Source of the DNA: Euglena gracilis
Lineage: Eukaryota
NCBI GenBank assembly: GCA_039621445.1
Contig: CP154954.1
Span: 25,680,954 to 25,744,953 of the forward strand
Reading direction: 5' to 3'
Length of the DNA stretch: 64,000 nucleotides
Part shown: positions 10,701-25,700 of the stretch, one piece after another
Layout: each line of letters starts with the position of its first letter
Numbering within the stretch: the stretch's first letter is position 1
Translations under genes and position numbers: made by a program
Notes under the pieces: generated by a model
The model's database searches: none
What the model was told of the DNA's origin: nothing
What the model saw: only the letters and a program-made list of their open reading frames with translations

Positions 10701-13700
10701 GAAACCTGTGGCCGCACACACAACGGAACGTTCGGGGAGCGGGTGTGTCCCCCTTGGGACGTGCACGCGTGCGTGAGGGACGTGCGAGCACTCGGTGTGG
10801 GTGGTGCAGCCAGGTGAACACGTCCGCTACACAACGCCCGACTGCCTCAACGGTGGTCCGGTGCTCGCATTTGCGCTCTGGGGGCAGCGACGACCTGCGC
10901 CGCCAGCACGGACCCCGAGACGTGGGTCCCGAGGGTGACAAGGCAGGGCACGAAGGAACCGTGTCCTCTAGCGCAGGTGCGCTCCAGGATGCCCCGCAAC
11001 CGGTGCTTCGAGACCCTTGCCACGGGCCCACCGGCGCAGCACTGGGAACGACGTGAGCCGAACGCAAGACGCGATGGGGCGCGCCTGCGCTCGTGAGGAC
11101 ACGTCCAGCGAGCGCACCTGCGCTTGAGCAGACCCCAAAATCAGTCGCAGGTGCGCACGACGGATCAGTAAGATCAAGCGCAGTCCCACCATCCGGGGTG
11201 TTCCATCCGACCTGGAGGGACACCGAGGACGACTGCCGTCGTCATCCGGTCGCAGGTGCGCGGGAACCAGGTGGTTTTCCCTTGGAAACTGTGAATGCTG
11301 CGGTCAGTATGAAACCTGCATGACTTTGACAACCGAAGGGTGCGATGGACAGACACTGAGATACAGAACATCCCGGACCAGGTGGGAGGCCCCGGCGGTG
11401 CCCGGGACCGGAGTTTGGTATCCGAAAGTCCCCGAAGGAGTTTCCAACGGACGCGATGCAAACCGCGTTTTGAGGACCTTTGCAAAACCATATGGTATTT
11501 TGGGCTTTTCGCAACAGGCAGGAATTGACAATCTGCCAAAATTTTGTGTCGCATTTTACTGGGTCGAAATGGGCCAGAATCCAAATTTGGCGGACCGAAA
11601 CGAACAAAAGTCACAATTTGTCCTTTGTGAGGGGGCGGTTTCCAATCAGTACAGGCAGTTGGGCCTCGAGAAAATTTCCCCATCCACCGGAGGGCTGCGG
11701 ACCGGGGGGTGGCGCCTTCGATTCCGAACTTTGCGTCGCCCCATGATTTCACACTGGCCATCGATGGGATGAGGAAACGACACTTCCCTGCGTTTTCGTT
11801 TCCCAGGTGAAAAGGTCTGGTGGGTGATGCCCCCGGCCCTTCCTCCCCTGAAGAAGTGGCGACGGATTCCGGGTGTCCAGGCTGGGGGGCCCAACTAGGT
11901 GAAATCGGCGGCCCACAGGGAGAAGGGGGAGGGCCGTCGGGAAAAGCCAACCCCGACGCCAGTTGCGGGCGGGGTGTGAGTCCGTCCGCAGACACAAGAC
12001 CCGGGGTCCTGCTTGTTCAACGCTGCCAGCAACCCTGCCCCGACGACCTCAACCACGGGTGAACCTCCGCCGCCTGGGGGCTGGGGAGTTCAGGAGAGAA
12101 GACCCGGGAGCTATCCAGGCCCCCGGACAGGGCGCTGGTTGTGGTGGCGTCGGCGGCCAGGGCACCGGGTGTGATCCCCACAGGGATGGAGCGCGTTGGA
12201 TTGGCGCGCACCTGCGCACGAATCTGCCCCTCCCTGCTCCCCATCTTGAACCCACCCACCGAATGCATAGGAGACACAAGGTGTCGTGCGCACCTGCGCG
12301 CGTTCGGGCCCAGCTCCCTCCATACGGTGATGGGCGACGGTCCTCGCCCATCGGCCTCCCACCCTCTGCCGTCACCGGAGATTTGCACACCGCCTGACCG
12401 CTAACAGTGACGGTGCTGCAGCGGCTGCAGGGAGGGGAGCGGCCTCGAGTGGTGTCGGTCGCACCTGCGCGCGCGGTCACGCCCACAACGGGCGTTGCTG
12501 CAGTCCGGCCAGGCGGTGCTGCCCGTCCCAGCCACGCCCGACCCCTCTGGAGGGCTTGGCCGTGGCCCCACGGCCAAGCCCTCAGAGCCTGCAAAGCCTC
12601 CTCCCCCTCAGTCCGGCGCGCGCACCTGCGCCTGACAGCCCCCCCTTGCGCCCTCGCGGGAATGCCCTCCCGCCCGAGAGCACGTCCCCTGTGGGCACAC
12701 AATCGCGCGCACCTGCGCACGCAGCACTGTCCCACACACAGGGTTGGCTGTAGACTCATGTATGGGGTGGCTGGTGTGGGTAGCACGCACACGAGGGGGG
12801 CTGGTCCGGCACGCTCGCCCGCTCCCCTTTCGCACCCCCAATTGGGGCAAGGATGGAGCTGTGTGTGCACCGGGAATGTGGCCTGGCGGTGAGGTGCCGG
12901 CGAGCAGCACGCGGGCGGCGGCAACCCACCCTCCACCCCCCCTTTGGCCCTCCGGTCCCACGACACACCCCTTGATCACACACCTGCGTGGCCCTTGTCG
13001 ACCGGGACACTCTGTGCGAACGATTGGGCCGTCCCGCCTCACCCACGGCCAAAACACCCCTCCTTTTGGCAAAGAAAAAAATCTCACGGAAACGTTCCCC
13101 GAAGAGCACGCCGCCGCCACGCTTTCACCCTCGGACTTCGCTTCCCCTCCCTTTTGGCCTTCCCCAGTTGGTCCCATTCCCTCTTCCCGCCGGCTGCCCA
13201 GCCACGGCACCCGGAGTATCCTCGCCCACCTCCCAAACCGCACTTTTGAGGCCACCCCTTCACCCCCCCCCTCCGGCCTCGAAAGTGCGCCAAACGCTTT
13301 TCGGGGGGTGCCAAAGAATCAAGCGCAGGTGCGCGCAAGCCGGCAGGAGAAAGCGTCCGCGGTCCGCGGCCTGCCGGGCTTTCGGGCACCGTCGGGCATC
13401 GATTTTTTTTGATTTCGGCCGCCGGCGTGGGTTTCAGACACGGCCGGCAACAGTCGGTGGACACCAAAAAACCGGCCAAAAAAAAGCGTCCCACACGCGG
13501 TCTGCCGGGGTGCAAACCCCGGTAAACCAAAAACAGCGGGACACAAAAAACGAGAAGCCAGCGCCGGCCAGGGTTTCAAGCACGGCCACCCCCAAAACCG
13601 CGGACGCAAAATTGCATTCGGTCTCCTCGGGCGCACCTGCGCCCAAATCGGAAAAAAACCCTTAAGTGCCTTCACGGCCGCCTAAGTATGTAGAGTCCAC

Positions 13701-16700
13701 CCTCTGGATGCCTCAGCAGGCAACCCTTCAGGCACACATCGCAGAGCCTAAAAAAAAAGCAACAAAAAGTGCCAAATGTCACCCAGCCTGTGTGGCACCA
13801 TCCGGGGAACACTGTCAAAGCTTCAAAAACGAGGGACTCGCAACGGGGGTTTCGGCCCTTTTTTGGGAAAATTCACGTGTCCCAGCGGTCAAATCCAGGG
13901 TTTTGACCCTTTTCAAAATGGTGCACAGGCTGAAAAACAGGCTATAAAAAAAACTCCAAAATTAGGCCTGTTCCCCAGGTCCCAACATCGGAAAATGATG
14001 CACACGCCACCGTGGAGGGTCTCCGCGGAACCAGGGGGTCAAAAGGATGGGTTCTACCGCCGGGTTTCAAAAAGATCGAAAATTTGCGCGAAAGCGCAAA
14101 CTAAAAATCAAAACCTTAAGTGCGAGTTAGGCCGCCTAAGTGAATCTGCTGTCAGAAATTAAAAGAAACACACATGTACACACGTGTGCAGAGACAAACA
14201 CACCTGCACATCCACACACATACACATACACACCCAGACACACCTTTTCACCTCTGGTTTGAAATAATCATGTAACCCCCCCAAGACCCGAACAATAAGA
14301 CCCACCGATTTTTTCGATTTTCGACCTTTTTGACCCGAAATCTGTGGGTTTCGGGTCACCAGGGGTCAAAAACGGGGCACCAGGGGTCGAAAAACGCTCA
14401 TTTTAGGCTCAAAAACAGTTTTTCTGGGGTCCCCAAGAAGACCCCCCTCCCTGATGGCGCAAAGCGCCAGAGACAGTGAATTTTTCCTCTGAAAAATTAC
14501 CAAAAACCCCAATTTAAGATGCAAAAAAATGAAGGAATTCCAAAAATTTTGGGATTTTTGACTTCAAAAAAAAACATGGAAAAAAGTCAATTTGTACCAA
14601 ATTTACATGGGGCGCGAAAGGCCAAAGAACCTGAAAAAAAAATTCTTCGGGCCCGGATCGGTCAACAAGGAATCCAAAAATAAGACCCCCCAAAAATAAG
14701 ACCCAGGTCTTATTTGGGGGGGGGGGGTTAACCATGCAATAAAGAAATGGGCACGGAGCAGCATGGCACTGGCACACTGGCGGCGGCATCCTCGAACGGC
14801 GGGTTGTTGTAGCAGTACGGGCACAGGGTATACGCCTTGTTCTCCCCGCCCTGCTGGTACACCACCAGCTGGAAGCCGTCGAGCGGGCACTCGATTCCCT
14901 TGTACTCCTGGGGAGGAAGGAAACCTCGAGGCACAACGTGGCCTGTTGACAGAGAGTTGACAGGATTTCAAAAAAAATGTGTGGAAGCTGAAAGAGAGTC
15001 CGACTGCTGGGGCCGAAGCAGCCAACTGGCGTGGACAAGCTTGGTGGAGTGGACCACATTCGGTGGGCAAATCAAGAACTGCACTGCAAAAAAAAACTGC
15101 AAAAAAAACCGCAAAAGAATGCTCTTCAAGTCTGTATCGATTGCTCAATACAGCAGTACAGACCAATTGTTACCATCCCTGCTCCTGCAAGCTTCAACGT
15201 TTTTGCAAAAAAAAAAAATGCAAAACGAATTCAGGCTCTTTTGGGGTCACATTGCATTCATATTTCCTCCTGGATTTTCTCACCTTTTTAGCATGTTATT
15301 TGTGATTTTATTTCATTGAAGGCATGCTTCAACTATTGAACTGAAATCGACCCTCGTAACTGAGAAGCACTTGTAAAGATTGTTCCTAAATTTAAAAATT
15401 GCATATCCCGTCCGCGTCTTTTGGGAGTTCTAAATTTCATTGAAAAACGAATCATCGTTGTTTTAAAACAAGAGGAATTGCAAACAAAAAGCAATTTCAA
15501 TCATTCTTGCCATCAACATCCAACACCCTCAGATGACACCAGTGGTGCTTCTTTGATGCTTTATGAATGTCACAATAAAATGCTTCACATCTGCTTTAAT
15601 ACATTGATTTTAATATGTGGCTAACTTAGAATCACAGATCACGTGTTATGATTTTGCGCAGGAAGAAAAAAAAACTCAGATCCTGCTTTACGCATTTCAT
15701 GTACAGATCATACAATTGCTTACCGACCCCCGGGGGGGGGGGAGGGGGGTCACTCCACTTTTTTAAAAACCAGTCAGTCACTCATTTTCAAAAAACCAGC
15801 CAGTCACTACCCCCCCCGGGGGGGGGGGGGGGTCGGCCACTCAGAAAAACGGCCACTTTCCAGTCACTTTAGGCCATTTTAGGCCCAAAAAAAATTTCCT
15901 CACTCAAGTCACTCAAGCCACTTTTGCCCACTCCTGGCCGACCCCCCCCCGGGGGGGGAGGGGTCCGGGCCAAAAACCAGTCAGTCACTCTAAAAAAACC
16001 AGTCACCCACCCCCCCCCGGGGGGGGGGGGGGGTGGTCAGTGCTTAAGCAATTGCCTGGTACAGATTTCCTCTCTTCTTTCTGGAAAACAATGAAAGCCT
16101 TCAAGCTGTTGCTTTTGTGAGATGCAAATAATCCTGCGACAAATTTTCAAAGTGAAAAAAAGCACAAAAAATGAAAGCATGCAACGTGATTTTGTGTCAA
16201 TGCAGCCAGCTAGACTAAAAGACTGGTCCACCTCAGCAGAAATGACAAGAAGGTTGAGAAGCAAAACGATGTGATCCTTGCTGTTTTTGCCCAAATGGAG
16301 CCAACCTTTCAGGAATGGTTGCTAAGCTCGATATTACCAACGTTGAATGGCAAACTGCTCGTTGCGTTCAGGAAGTATTGGGATATGTCGTGGTCCATCT
16401 CACCCGGATTCATTGGGTTCAAAACGTTATGCTGCAAAAAACTGCAGATATGCAGCAGACATTCATTTAGTGTGGTTCACAAAAGGCGTGAGAACCAGAA
16501 TTTTTTTGGTGTCCACAGATGAACCACAAATTATTTTTGGTGTCAAGTGAACCACAATTTTCCTTTTGGTGTCCACAAATGTACCACAAAAAGTTTATGT
16601 TCACAATTTTTGTTGTCCACAAAACTTGATTGTGAATTAATAAAAAACTCAGCACTTTTACAATACAAATGGATTGATCTTTATACACTTTAGACACCAA

Positions 16701-19700
16701 AACGGCCACTCTGGGAAGGCGGACACTTTGGGGGGGGGGTCAAATTTTGATCTGCGGCGCCTTTGGCGCCGAAATAAAATAGTCTCCTTGAGGGGGTAAA
16801 CCAAAATACGCGGAAAAATTTGGGCTGCTTTGGGGGGGGACTTTGAAGGGGGGGGGCAGTTTAACCAATCTCGGAAATTTTTCAAAAGGGTCGAAAATTC
16901 TGTTGATTTTGTTTTTGATGGTAAAGATATTTTGATTTTCTTTTTTGGAGAAGGGGAGCCTCCAGATGAGCTTGAAGGGGGACCTCCAAATGGGACTTTT
17001 TGCTTTGCTTAAAAAAAAAGGGGCAAAAAAACAAAGGGAAAAACAAAGGGAAAACAATTAAACCAGAATTTTCCTTGATAACAAGGATGAACTTGAAATG
17101 GCTCAAAATGATTAACAAAAACTATCAGTTTTCGGTCGAAATCATTCACCAATCTTCATCAATTTTCATAAATTTTCTTAAAAATTCATGTGAAAATTCT
17201 TAGAAGACAGAAAGGCGCAATTTCCCCAAAACGGCAAAAAAAAAAATGCCAAAAAAGGAAGGAAAGGCCCCAAAATAATATGTTATGGCCCAAAATAATG
17301 TGGTCAAAATATGCAGGAATGGGCAAATATGCTGTGGAAAAGTCCTGCAAAAACCTCAAAATATGCACTGAATGTGTGCAAAATATGCAAAATATGCACG
17401 TTTTTGGCAAAAAAAGGTGAAATATGAGCTAAATATGTAAAAACATATGCAACATATGCGCTCCGCTTTTTTCCCCTCGGATTGTTTCATAGCTGTTGAG
17501 AAAAAGGGATAATGATGCAAATGCCAGCAGGTGGTGGGAAATTTTTTGGTGTCCACTTGTGAACTACAAAAAATTGGTCCATATATGAGCCACAAGAAAT
17601 TCTGGTATCCACAAACGAATTACAAAAATATTTTGGTGTCCACAGGTGAAACACAAAAATATTCTTGGTGTCCACAATGAACCATTAAATGACATCCTTG
17701 GTGTACCACACAAATGAATGTCTGACATGAAGTTTTTGAGGAGAAATGTTGCAAAAAAAACAACTGCAAAAGGCTTCAAAATGTCAAAACTAAAAAGAAA
17801 CTGCAAAAAAAAAACCGCACAGTGCATATTTTCCCCCTCCCTGTTGGGATACTCCACTCAATTGTGCAGGTATTCCTCAACCATCCCTTTCCATCAACCA
17901 AGGGGCAGCAGAAACCGCAGACAGGAGAAATGAATTAGCTAGATTGTCCCCTCACCACAACAATGTCCCTCCAATATCGAGACATGTGTTGCATAGCAAT
18001 CATCCAGCTCATCCAAATTCTGCAATCTGAACTTGCGAAAAAAAGGCTGCTTGTGATAGAAGCAAACTTCGAGTGTTCCAAAGTGTTCCAAAAGTGTTCC
18101 AAAGTGCAGACCTTGATGGTCCCCCCCTGAGGGAGAGAATACGTCTGATCGCAATTCCCGCAATGGAGGCGTTGAGGCCTGAAGAAGGATGCGGGGCTCA
18201 ATGAGCACCAGGCGGGCAAGATCTGTGAAAATGTGGGCACGTTGACTTCTGCATGACAACAAACTTGTTGGAAACCAATCAATGAAGCAATCTCTGATTT
18301 TCCATTTTAAAGCCTTTCTCATTTCAGGGGGAAGCAAAAATTACAGCCTGTAGTGACCGTCTGGCTTGGTGAGAGCTGCGCAACTATCTCACACCGCTGC
18401 GGGATGAACTTCATGAACCGCATGCAGATGCCGCAACGAGTGAGTACCTTCCCTGATGAACCAGTCGCCAGGCAGACACTGAAGAGGCTAGGTCCCAGTG
18501 GGAAAGCAAGAGACACAGATGCCCACTTTCCACGTGCCTTTCAAGTCTGTGCAAGAAAGGTCGCCATTTGGATTCACTGAATGCTGACGCAAAACACAGC
18601 TCGCCCGAATTCACCCAAAGTGGTGGAAGGCGAGACCGGTGGACGAGACTTGGGTGAAGGAGGCCTCCATCAACTCGTCCATCCTCTCTGGAGGGACGGA
18701 AAAGCATTAACATGAATCACAGGTTCAGAGCACACATCCCGCCCCAAATATTAAACCCGCAGGAGGTTTCAACAAAATTTGGCCCCCTCCTTCTACGGAA
18801 GAACTGACAGGCAGAGAGCCGACGTTGTCAAACAGGGAAAATTCCTTTAAAAAGTCCTTTAGAAATATTTACCAGTTTTTTTTTGGCAGGTAAATTGGTA
18901 TTTTTCGGCCAGCCCAAGTGATGTACAGCTGGGATTTCGCAGAAATCGGAGAAATGTGGGCAAACTGAGGGCGTGGGACAAAATATATTTTGCCCCAGAA
19001 ATTTGATTTTCTCACCCAAATACAACCCTGAAATTTGATCCCCCCCCAAATCACAAACCCCCACCCAGGTATAAAAACGGGGGGGTTGACATTTGGGGGG
19101 GTTACATACATCAGAGCACATGCAACGATGAGAATCCCAAACGAATGCAGCCCTACACACTGGTGGGGAGGTCAGGAGGTGACAGGTAACTAAACAGAAC
19201 AGTGCCAATGACATTTTGGGTGATACATTGCAGCGCACAATATGGTTGGTTCACAATTGTGCGCACAATTGTGTGTGCCATCCGCCTTTTGTTTGTAATT
19301 GTCATCACAAAAAAAAATACGTCGCCAGGGGTGGTGGCAAAAAAAACTCGAAAAACACGACATTAAAAAATAAACGGAAACAAAAAAATTACGAAAGTTG
19401 CATTGTCATCCTTCAGGAGCTCCCTGGGGTACACTTTACTCCTGGAGAGGACCAGAAAGGTTTCACCTCCTCCGGGAAAAACTTTCCATTTCGCACAAAC
19501 GTTGTCACTGCAGAAAAGACAGAAGTTGACGAAAATTTTGGTCTCAGGGAAAAGTTGGGAGAAAAATTGCCCATAGTCAAAATTTTTCCAACAGAAATCA
19601 AAAAATCGCATGGAAAATAAACACGAAAAACCTTGCAAAAAAAAGCGGTTGTGTTTCCTCTCCGCTGCTTTCGTCCGATGCAGGCTGGGATGTGTGATCC

Positions 19701-22700
19701 ATATCCAGTGACTAGCTGCACCGATGTCTTTTTTTTGAAAACTTTTGAAATTGATTGATTGATCAGCAGACTTACAATTAATACTACTCAAAATGCATGA
19801 TAAAATCATCTAAACAAAGTGATTGAGGGAACGTGGTATGGTAGAGTGTCGTGTGTATAAACAACTCCATGTCGATATTCTAATGACATATGACTCACAT
19901 TGGGGGTTCGGAATTCATTTCGGTCTTGCAGAGTTTGATTTCGCTTGGAAAATTAAGGGACTTTTGGCAGGAAGCAAGCACCGATGCATTTCTGGAAATA
20001 CTCAAACTTGGCCTTGAAGATATCCAATGCCTGCGGCACCTGATAAACAGAAAATGTGGTATGAATGATTGAGAGATGTCACACAGGACTACACCTCTTG
20101 TCTTTTCAGGTGATGAACAAATCATTCAAGGGGGGTGGAGTGAAAAGCAGGAAGCTCTTCTCCTTCCAAAACCAATAATATCCACTTCAGAGTGGTTCCA
20201 TTCCAGGGAAATCGGGGTACAAAACCAACTTGATCCCAAGCTCCCCCAGGAACAGCTTCAAAAAGGGGGGAAAAGCTGGTGAACCGGCCAACCGGATGGG
20301 TGCCTGGGAGGGGGCTTTGCGGGGGGGGGGGGGGGGCGAGGGACACACGATGTCGTCGATGGTGGCCACCCCCGTGGCAATGCTGGTCACCTCCCGCTCG
20401 ATGTGGGCCCGCACCTTGGGCAGCACCAGCTCTGAGTCGATCTGCGGGTGGGGGGGGGCTGCGGTGCAATGACGCAGACAGGGGGCAGGCACCGCTGCCA
20501 GCCAACACGCTAAGTCTCCGGGTTGTTGATGGCCCTTTAATTGTGTGGGTGGCTCGTGCGCTGGGGTGCCTGTAGAAATGCCTGCAGAAGACCTTGCTCT
20601 TATGCGGTTCTTAAGGTAGCTCATGACCGCGAGGAATTTATCCCCATCTCCGTTTCTTTCTTCTTTCCCTTCTTTCTTCCTTTTTTCCTTCTTTTTTTCC
20701 CAGCCGATGGAAACTTCGGCCCAGAAGTTCATGGCATCCAACCAGTCATGTCCTCGCAGAAATCGTTCAGCAAAGCCCAAGAACGGTGCGGACAAATCCG
20801 TGCCGGAAGCAGCGGCGCACCCGGTGGTAGCCGTGGACCAGGATGATGCCCAGCTTGGTCGGCACCACCCGCCGCCCGGCTGTGCCGTGCCAGGGGAGGG
20901 GTGGGGGAAGCAACGTGACTCGGAACGGGCACGGGCACGGGAAACCAGCACCAGGGGGGGGAGGAGGGGCATCGTCCCGCAGCTGCCTCCCTGGCCGTCG
21001 ACAGCCTTGGCACTGGACAGAAACCATGCTGCCACGGCAGCAGCATAATGACGATGCAATTTGTAGCCGACCCCCGGGGGGGTCACTTCTACAATTCCAA
21101 AAACCAGTCACTCACTTTTTTCCCGGAAAACCAGTCAGCCACCCCCCCGGGAGGGGTCGGCCATTCTGCAATCCAAGGGAAATTCGACAACAAATATGAA
21201 AAAAGGCCAAAAAAAGATTTTCTCCGGCACCTTTGGAGCGGGGTCACTTTAGTGGTTTTTGCCAACACCCCACCGAGGGGAGGGGTCCAGGCCAAAAACT
21301 AGTCAGTCACTCCAAACAAAAAAAACCAGTCACCCACCCTGGGGAGGTAAGCAGTGACTAAGTGATGGTATGATCATGACACGGCACACCTTTGATGCCC
21401 ACGTAGTTGCGTTCACAGATGTTGTTGATGTGTGTGGGAATGCTGGCGTCCGTCCCGATGCCGTTCTGGAAAGGAATAACAAAAAAATCAAAAAAATGCA
21501 CCAGGCAACAGAGATACAATTATGCTCACAAAAGGTTGGTGCAGCATTGCAAGGATTAATGTAATAAATCCTCCTGAAGAAGAATTTCTGCACCTTTGTG
21601 TCCACCAAATTGTGTAAGGACTTGTTTTGTGAGGAGCGTTCGAAAGCCGAAAGAAAGGGGCCGGCAGCACCTTCTCCATCAGAGAGATCAGCTCGGCCTC
21701 CGTGAGGTAGTCCGGCGGCTCCGTCTTGCCCTCCCTCAGGGCCAGGCTCTGCACCTCGATTTCGTCCCCGACCTTCAGCTCCGGCAATCTGGCGTGAGTC
21801 AGTTGGCCGTCTGCCTGCGGCACTGGCCGTGTGGTTCAAACCCGATTTGGAATTAGGAATGCTGGACCCACCACCCAAATCGGGGTTGGGGCCCTTAAAC
21901 ACACCCTTTAAATTTAAGCAATCGTATGAATAGAACTATATATATTTTCATTAGTGATCTGTTGTGGATGATGTCACACGTTTCTGCATGGACCACGCAG
22001 TAACGTTTGCAACACCGAAGGTGACGGGAGATACCTTTTGCTCTTAAATTTCTGATGTTTTTGCACGCAGCTTAGACATGAGAACTTGCACAGGCTCAAT
22101 ACAATAGGTCAAAAATTTGAAAACTTTTCCGAAAAATGGCTGATGATGGGGGGGGGGGGGTCAATTTTGGGCGGTCGGATTTTCACCAACAATTCCTCGC
22201 CTTAATACCCTTGGGCTGGTCCTGTAAACTCCGGGATCTTTTAGCGGGAGTGTTGATGATGTGTGCACAATGGCTGGCACCACCCCACACAGGTTTTTAT
22301 GTTGCGTTGTTCAAAGTTGGGGTCCAATTCTTCTCACCGCAGTGTGAACCTCCTCGCCCCCTTGCCTGAGGCTGAGTTTGGATTGGACCACGGAAGGAGT
22401 CAGTCAACGAAAAAGACTTGCTACCACAGGATTTGGTAACAATTTTGCACAGCCCACTACAGCGGAGCTGGCGGTGTGGGGCAGGGCCGTGCCAGTGTAC
22501 GCACCATCACCCATAGTTTGGCATAGGCTGTGGGGCTGGGGGTTGGGGGTTGGGTATGAACCGCAAATTTTTCAGGTGCACGTGTATTTTTTTTCGTGGT
22601 TTTCAGTTGCCCAACTGAGGCAGGAAAGGTGAATACAAGTTACTTGGCATACAGCTGGCCTTTTTTCAAAATGAAGACAGAAACAAAACAAAATTCTTTT

Positions 22701-25700
22701 TGCTAAAAAAAAACAAAAATCATGTGGTGTGGACCAGGCTGAACTTGACCAACCCCAGGGGAGGAATGGGGGTCTCAACGTGCCCTGGAGTGCCTGGGCA
22801 GGCAGGCAGGCAGTTGGGCACCCCCCTGGGGGGGAGATCGGGGCAGGCCGAGCCGTGGGCCAAAAAGGGCCCGAAAATGGGCTTTTCCGGGCCTCCGACC
22901 CATTCGGCGCTGGAAATGGCTGAATGGCCGGGGGCCCAGGCACTTTTGACCATGCGCCCCCCCCCCCCGGGGGGGGGGGGGGGGCGGTCAGATCTTGGGG
23001 TGCCTTGGGGTGGCGGCCCAAACAGGCACCCCCTGCCCCGGGTGGGGGCGGCCTCACCTTCACATCCAGGCTGGTGTGGCCAGCATCGCGCCACACCGCG
23101 CGTCGGAGAACGCTGCCCAGGGGGTGATCTCGATGAAGCCCAGGGAGTCCATCAGCCGCCCGACGACCTGGAAGACCTCGTCCCCGATGCGGAACAGCGC
23201 CTTGGTGCGGGTGTACTTGCAGTCCGCGGACACGGAGGCCAGGAACTGCCGCGAGATGTAGTCGTAGAGCCTGTGAGGGGGGTAGGTTTATTTTTGGACA
23301 CATATTTTTTTCGTGGGGGAAAATAATTGCAAAAAAAACAAAAAAAACAACAAGAGCAATAACAAAACGATTCCGATAAGTGCTACAAATGACAACAAAA
23401 ATCTAACACTAACACGAACATAAAAAAAAATAATACCAATAACAATAATAACAGTAATAATAATACCAGTGAGAAAGATGATAACAATGACGACGACAAC
23501 GACGATGATAACAACGATATGCCATGTTTTGGCACTTCAGCTGCGGTAAAAAGTAAAACGCTTCTTGTACTTGCCTTCACAAAACGTCGAAAAGGCGAAA
23601 AGGTCCCAAATAGGGAGTTGGCCAAACGAGAACGAACAACAAAGAGGGTCCCAAGAACTAGAACGCTGATGTCGCCGGCTGTTCGACTCCTCCCCCGACC
23701 AATTTCGTTAGGAAACAAGCAGTCCATTCACCCAGACCTTCCAATGACTGTCACTACCATATTAATGATATTACGATGGGATGTGGTTGGAACAATCGGG
23801 ACAGAGGAGACAGAGCCTTGCATGATACCATACGCTGTAACTTTAGAAAATTGTTGGCAAATGCGCAAAGGACCACTTACACAACAGTGGGAATGGTCCA
23901 TTGTGCAACTGCGGGAACGGACGACTCCTGCAAATGCAAAAGTAATTGTTTTGCGCAATTGCACAAAAAAAAGGACACCTGCACAACTGGTATATTAAGA
24001 TTGTGGATTTGCTGCAATTGTGTGAATGGTTCAATTCGATACATTATTAAAAGGTGAAATTTGACAAACGGACCGCATTCTGGGTAAAGATTCCGGTTTC
24101 GGCAGTTGAGCCTGTGAGGAATTATTGTATTACCCCCAAAACATCGAAATAAATGAGAATTCAAAAGGATATTAGGATATCCCTTGAAAAACGTCAGTAC
24201 AAAGGTGCCCTTAATTCCAGTCTGTTTGTGGAAAAAATGAGGTGCGGAATATTGCCTGCCATGATGTATTTGCTGACTTAATAATCTCCAGGGTCATATG
24301 GTACAAAACCCTGACTGACACCTTCTTTGGCAAACGTAGTTAGATGTGCTGTACAAACACCTCGAATTTGTGGACGCTGTGTTTTCACTGTCGTCTTGTC
24401 TCAGTCATCCCAATTTTAGGGCAACAAAAAATGGTGGTTAATTGTGGATCACTTGTGACATCGTATATGAACCAATTGACTTGTTCCTTTGCTCATTTCT
24501 CGCACAAGGACCACTCAAAAATACCAACACTATTCACAGGGAGGGGGTCCAGATTATGGGAATACAAGAGAGATGAGACCATCAACTTTCCAGTTCCACA
24601 AACAGACTGGCCAAGGAGATATTGGCTGGTTATAACATGGTTCCTTTGTGCAACAGAAACCTGTTTTTGCTGCTGTATGGGCGTCCAGAGCATCAAAATA
24701 AGTGAGGTTATGTGGCCGGCCTGCCACATCGCGTCGCTTCGCGACCCCCCCCCCCCCGGGGGCCAGGTTAGAGGCTGCAAAATTCTGGCTGGCTAGAAAA
24801 AGACTGCCGGCTGGCCCCCCACCTCCCTCTCATAGTGGTCCCCCAGCTGGAACTGGGCCCGAATGGAGTCAAAGTGCCCCAAATATGCAAAAAAAGGTGG
24901 GTTATGCAAAAAATTGCCCTAGAATTTTGACCTCGCCAGCCTTTTTTGAGAATTTTTGGCGCCCCCAAACGGCCAAAGGTGCTATTTGGGGCACTTTTGG
25001 GCAAAAAAAAATTCAAAAGCACCTGAAAGACAAATTTGACCCTTTTTGGGGGGGGTCCTGGGTAGCCCCCCCCCCCCCGAGGGTCGGTCCGGACCCCCCT
25101 GGGCAGGGGGGGGGTCCAGACCAGGCATTATTTTTTAAGGCGCCTTAAAAAAAACCTTAAAAAACCTTAAAAACCCTTAAATTTTTTTGCCAGAAATGTC
25201 TTAAAAAACCTTAAAAAAAATCACCCCGGGGAAGTTTTTCTTCCCTGTGATGACCTTAAAAAACCTTAAAAATTCTCCCTGAGAAAAAATTTTCTTGCAC
25301 CAAACAAAGAATGGCATGTCTGAAACCCCGCATAAAGACAGTCAATGCAGAAGCAGTTGTGAACAAACAACCGGGTTTTTTGCCAAGGTTTCTGGCATTA
25401 GGGAGGTAGTGTGCAATGTTCAGTTGAAGTTGTTTTTGGCCTCATCCTTTTGGCAGATAAGCGTACTGAATTGATGATGTGCAAGGACCTGTGACTGTTG
25501 GACATTTTTCTGCAACAGCACTGCGTCACAAGAAGACAAAATTTGGCACCTGAAATACCCGGGATGTGTCGGGCCGGAGTCCATTTTCTGGTTTTCTCCA
25601 TCATTTTTCCCTTGAAAAACGTAAAACACACCAGTTGTTGTGCATAATTTGTGGGGAGTGAGTCCCACCTTTAGAGTTTTCGGTCCCGCCACGCCGGGGA

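Noticed and set aside
10116-13675. Many 200-300 aa ORFs in the inner transposon as a transposase
   Set aside because: Overlapping GC-rich open frames on both strands with no DDE, HUH or YR motif recognised
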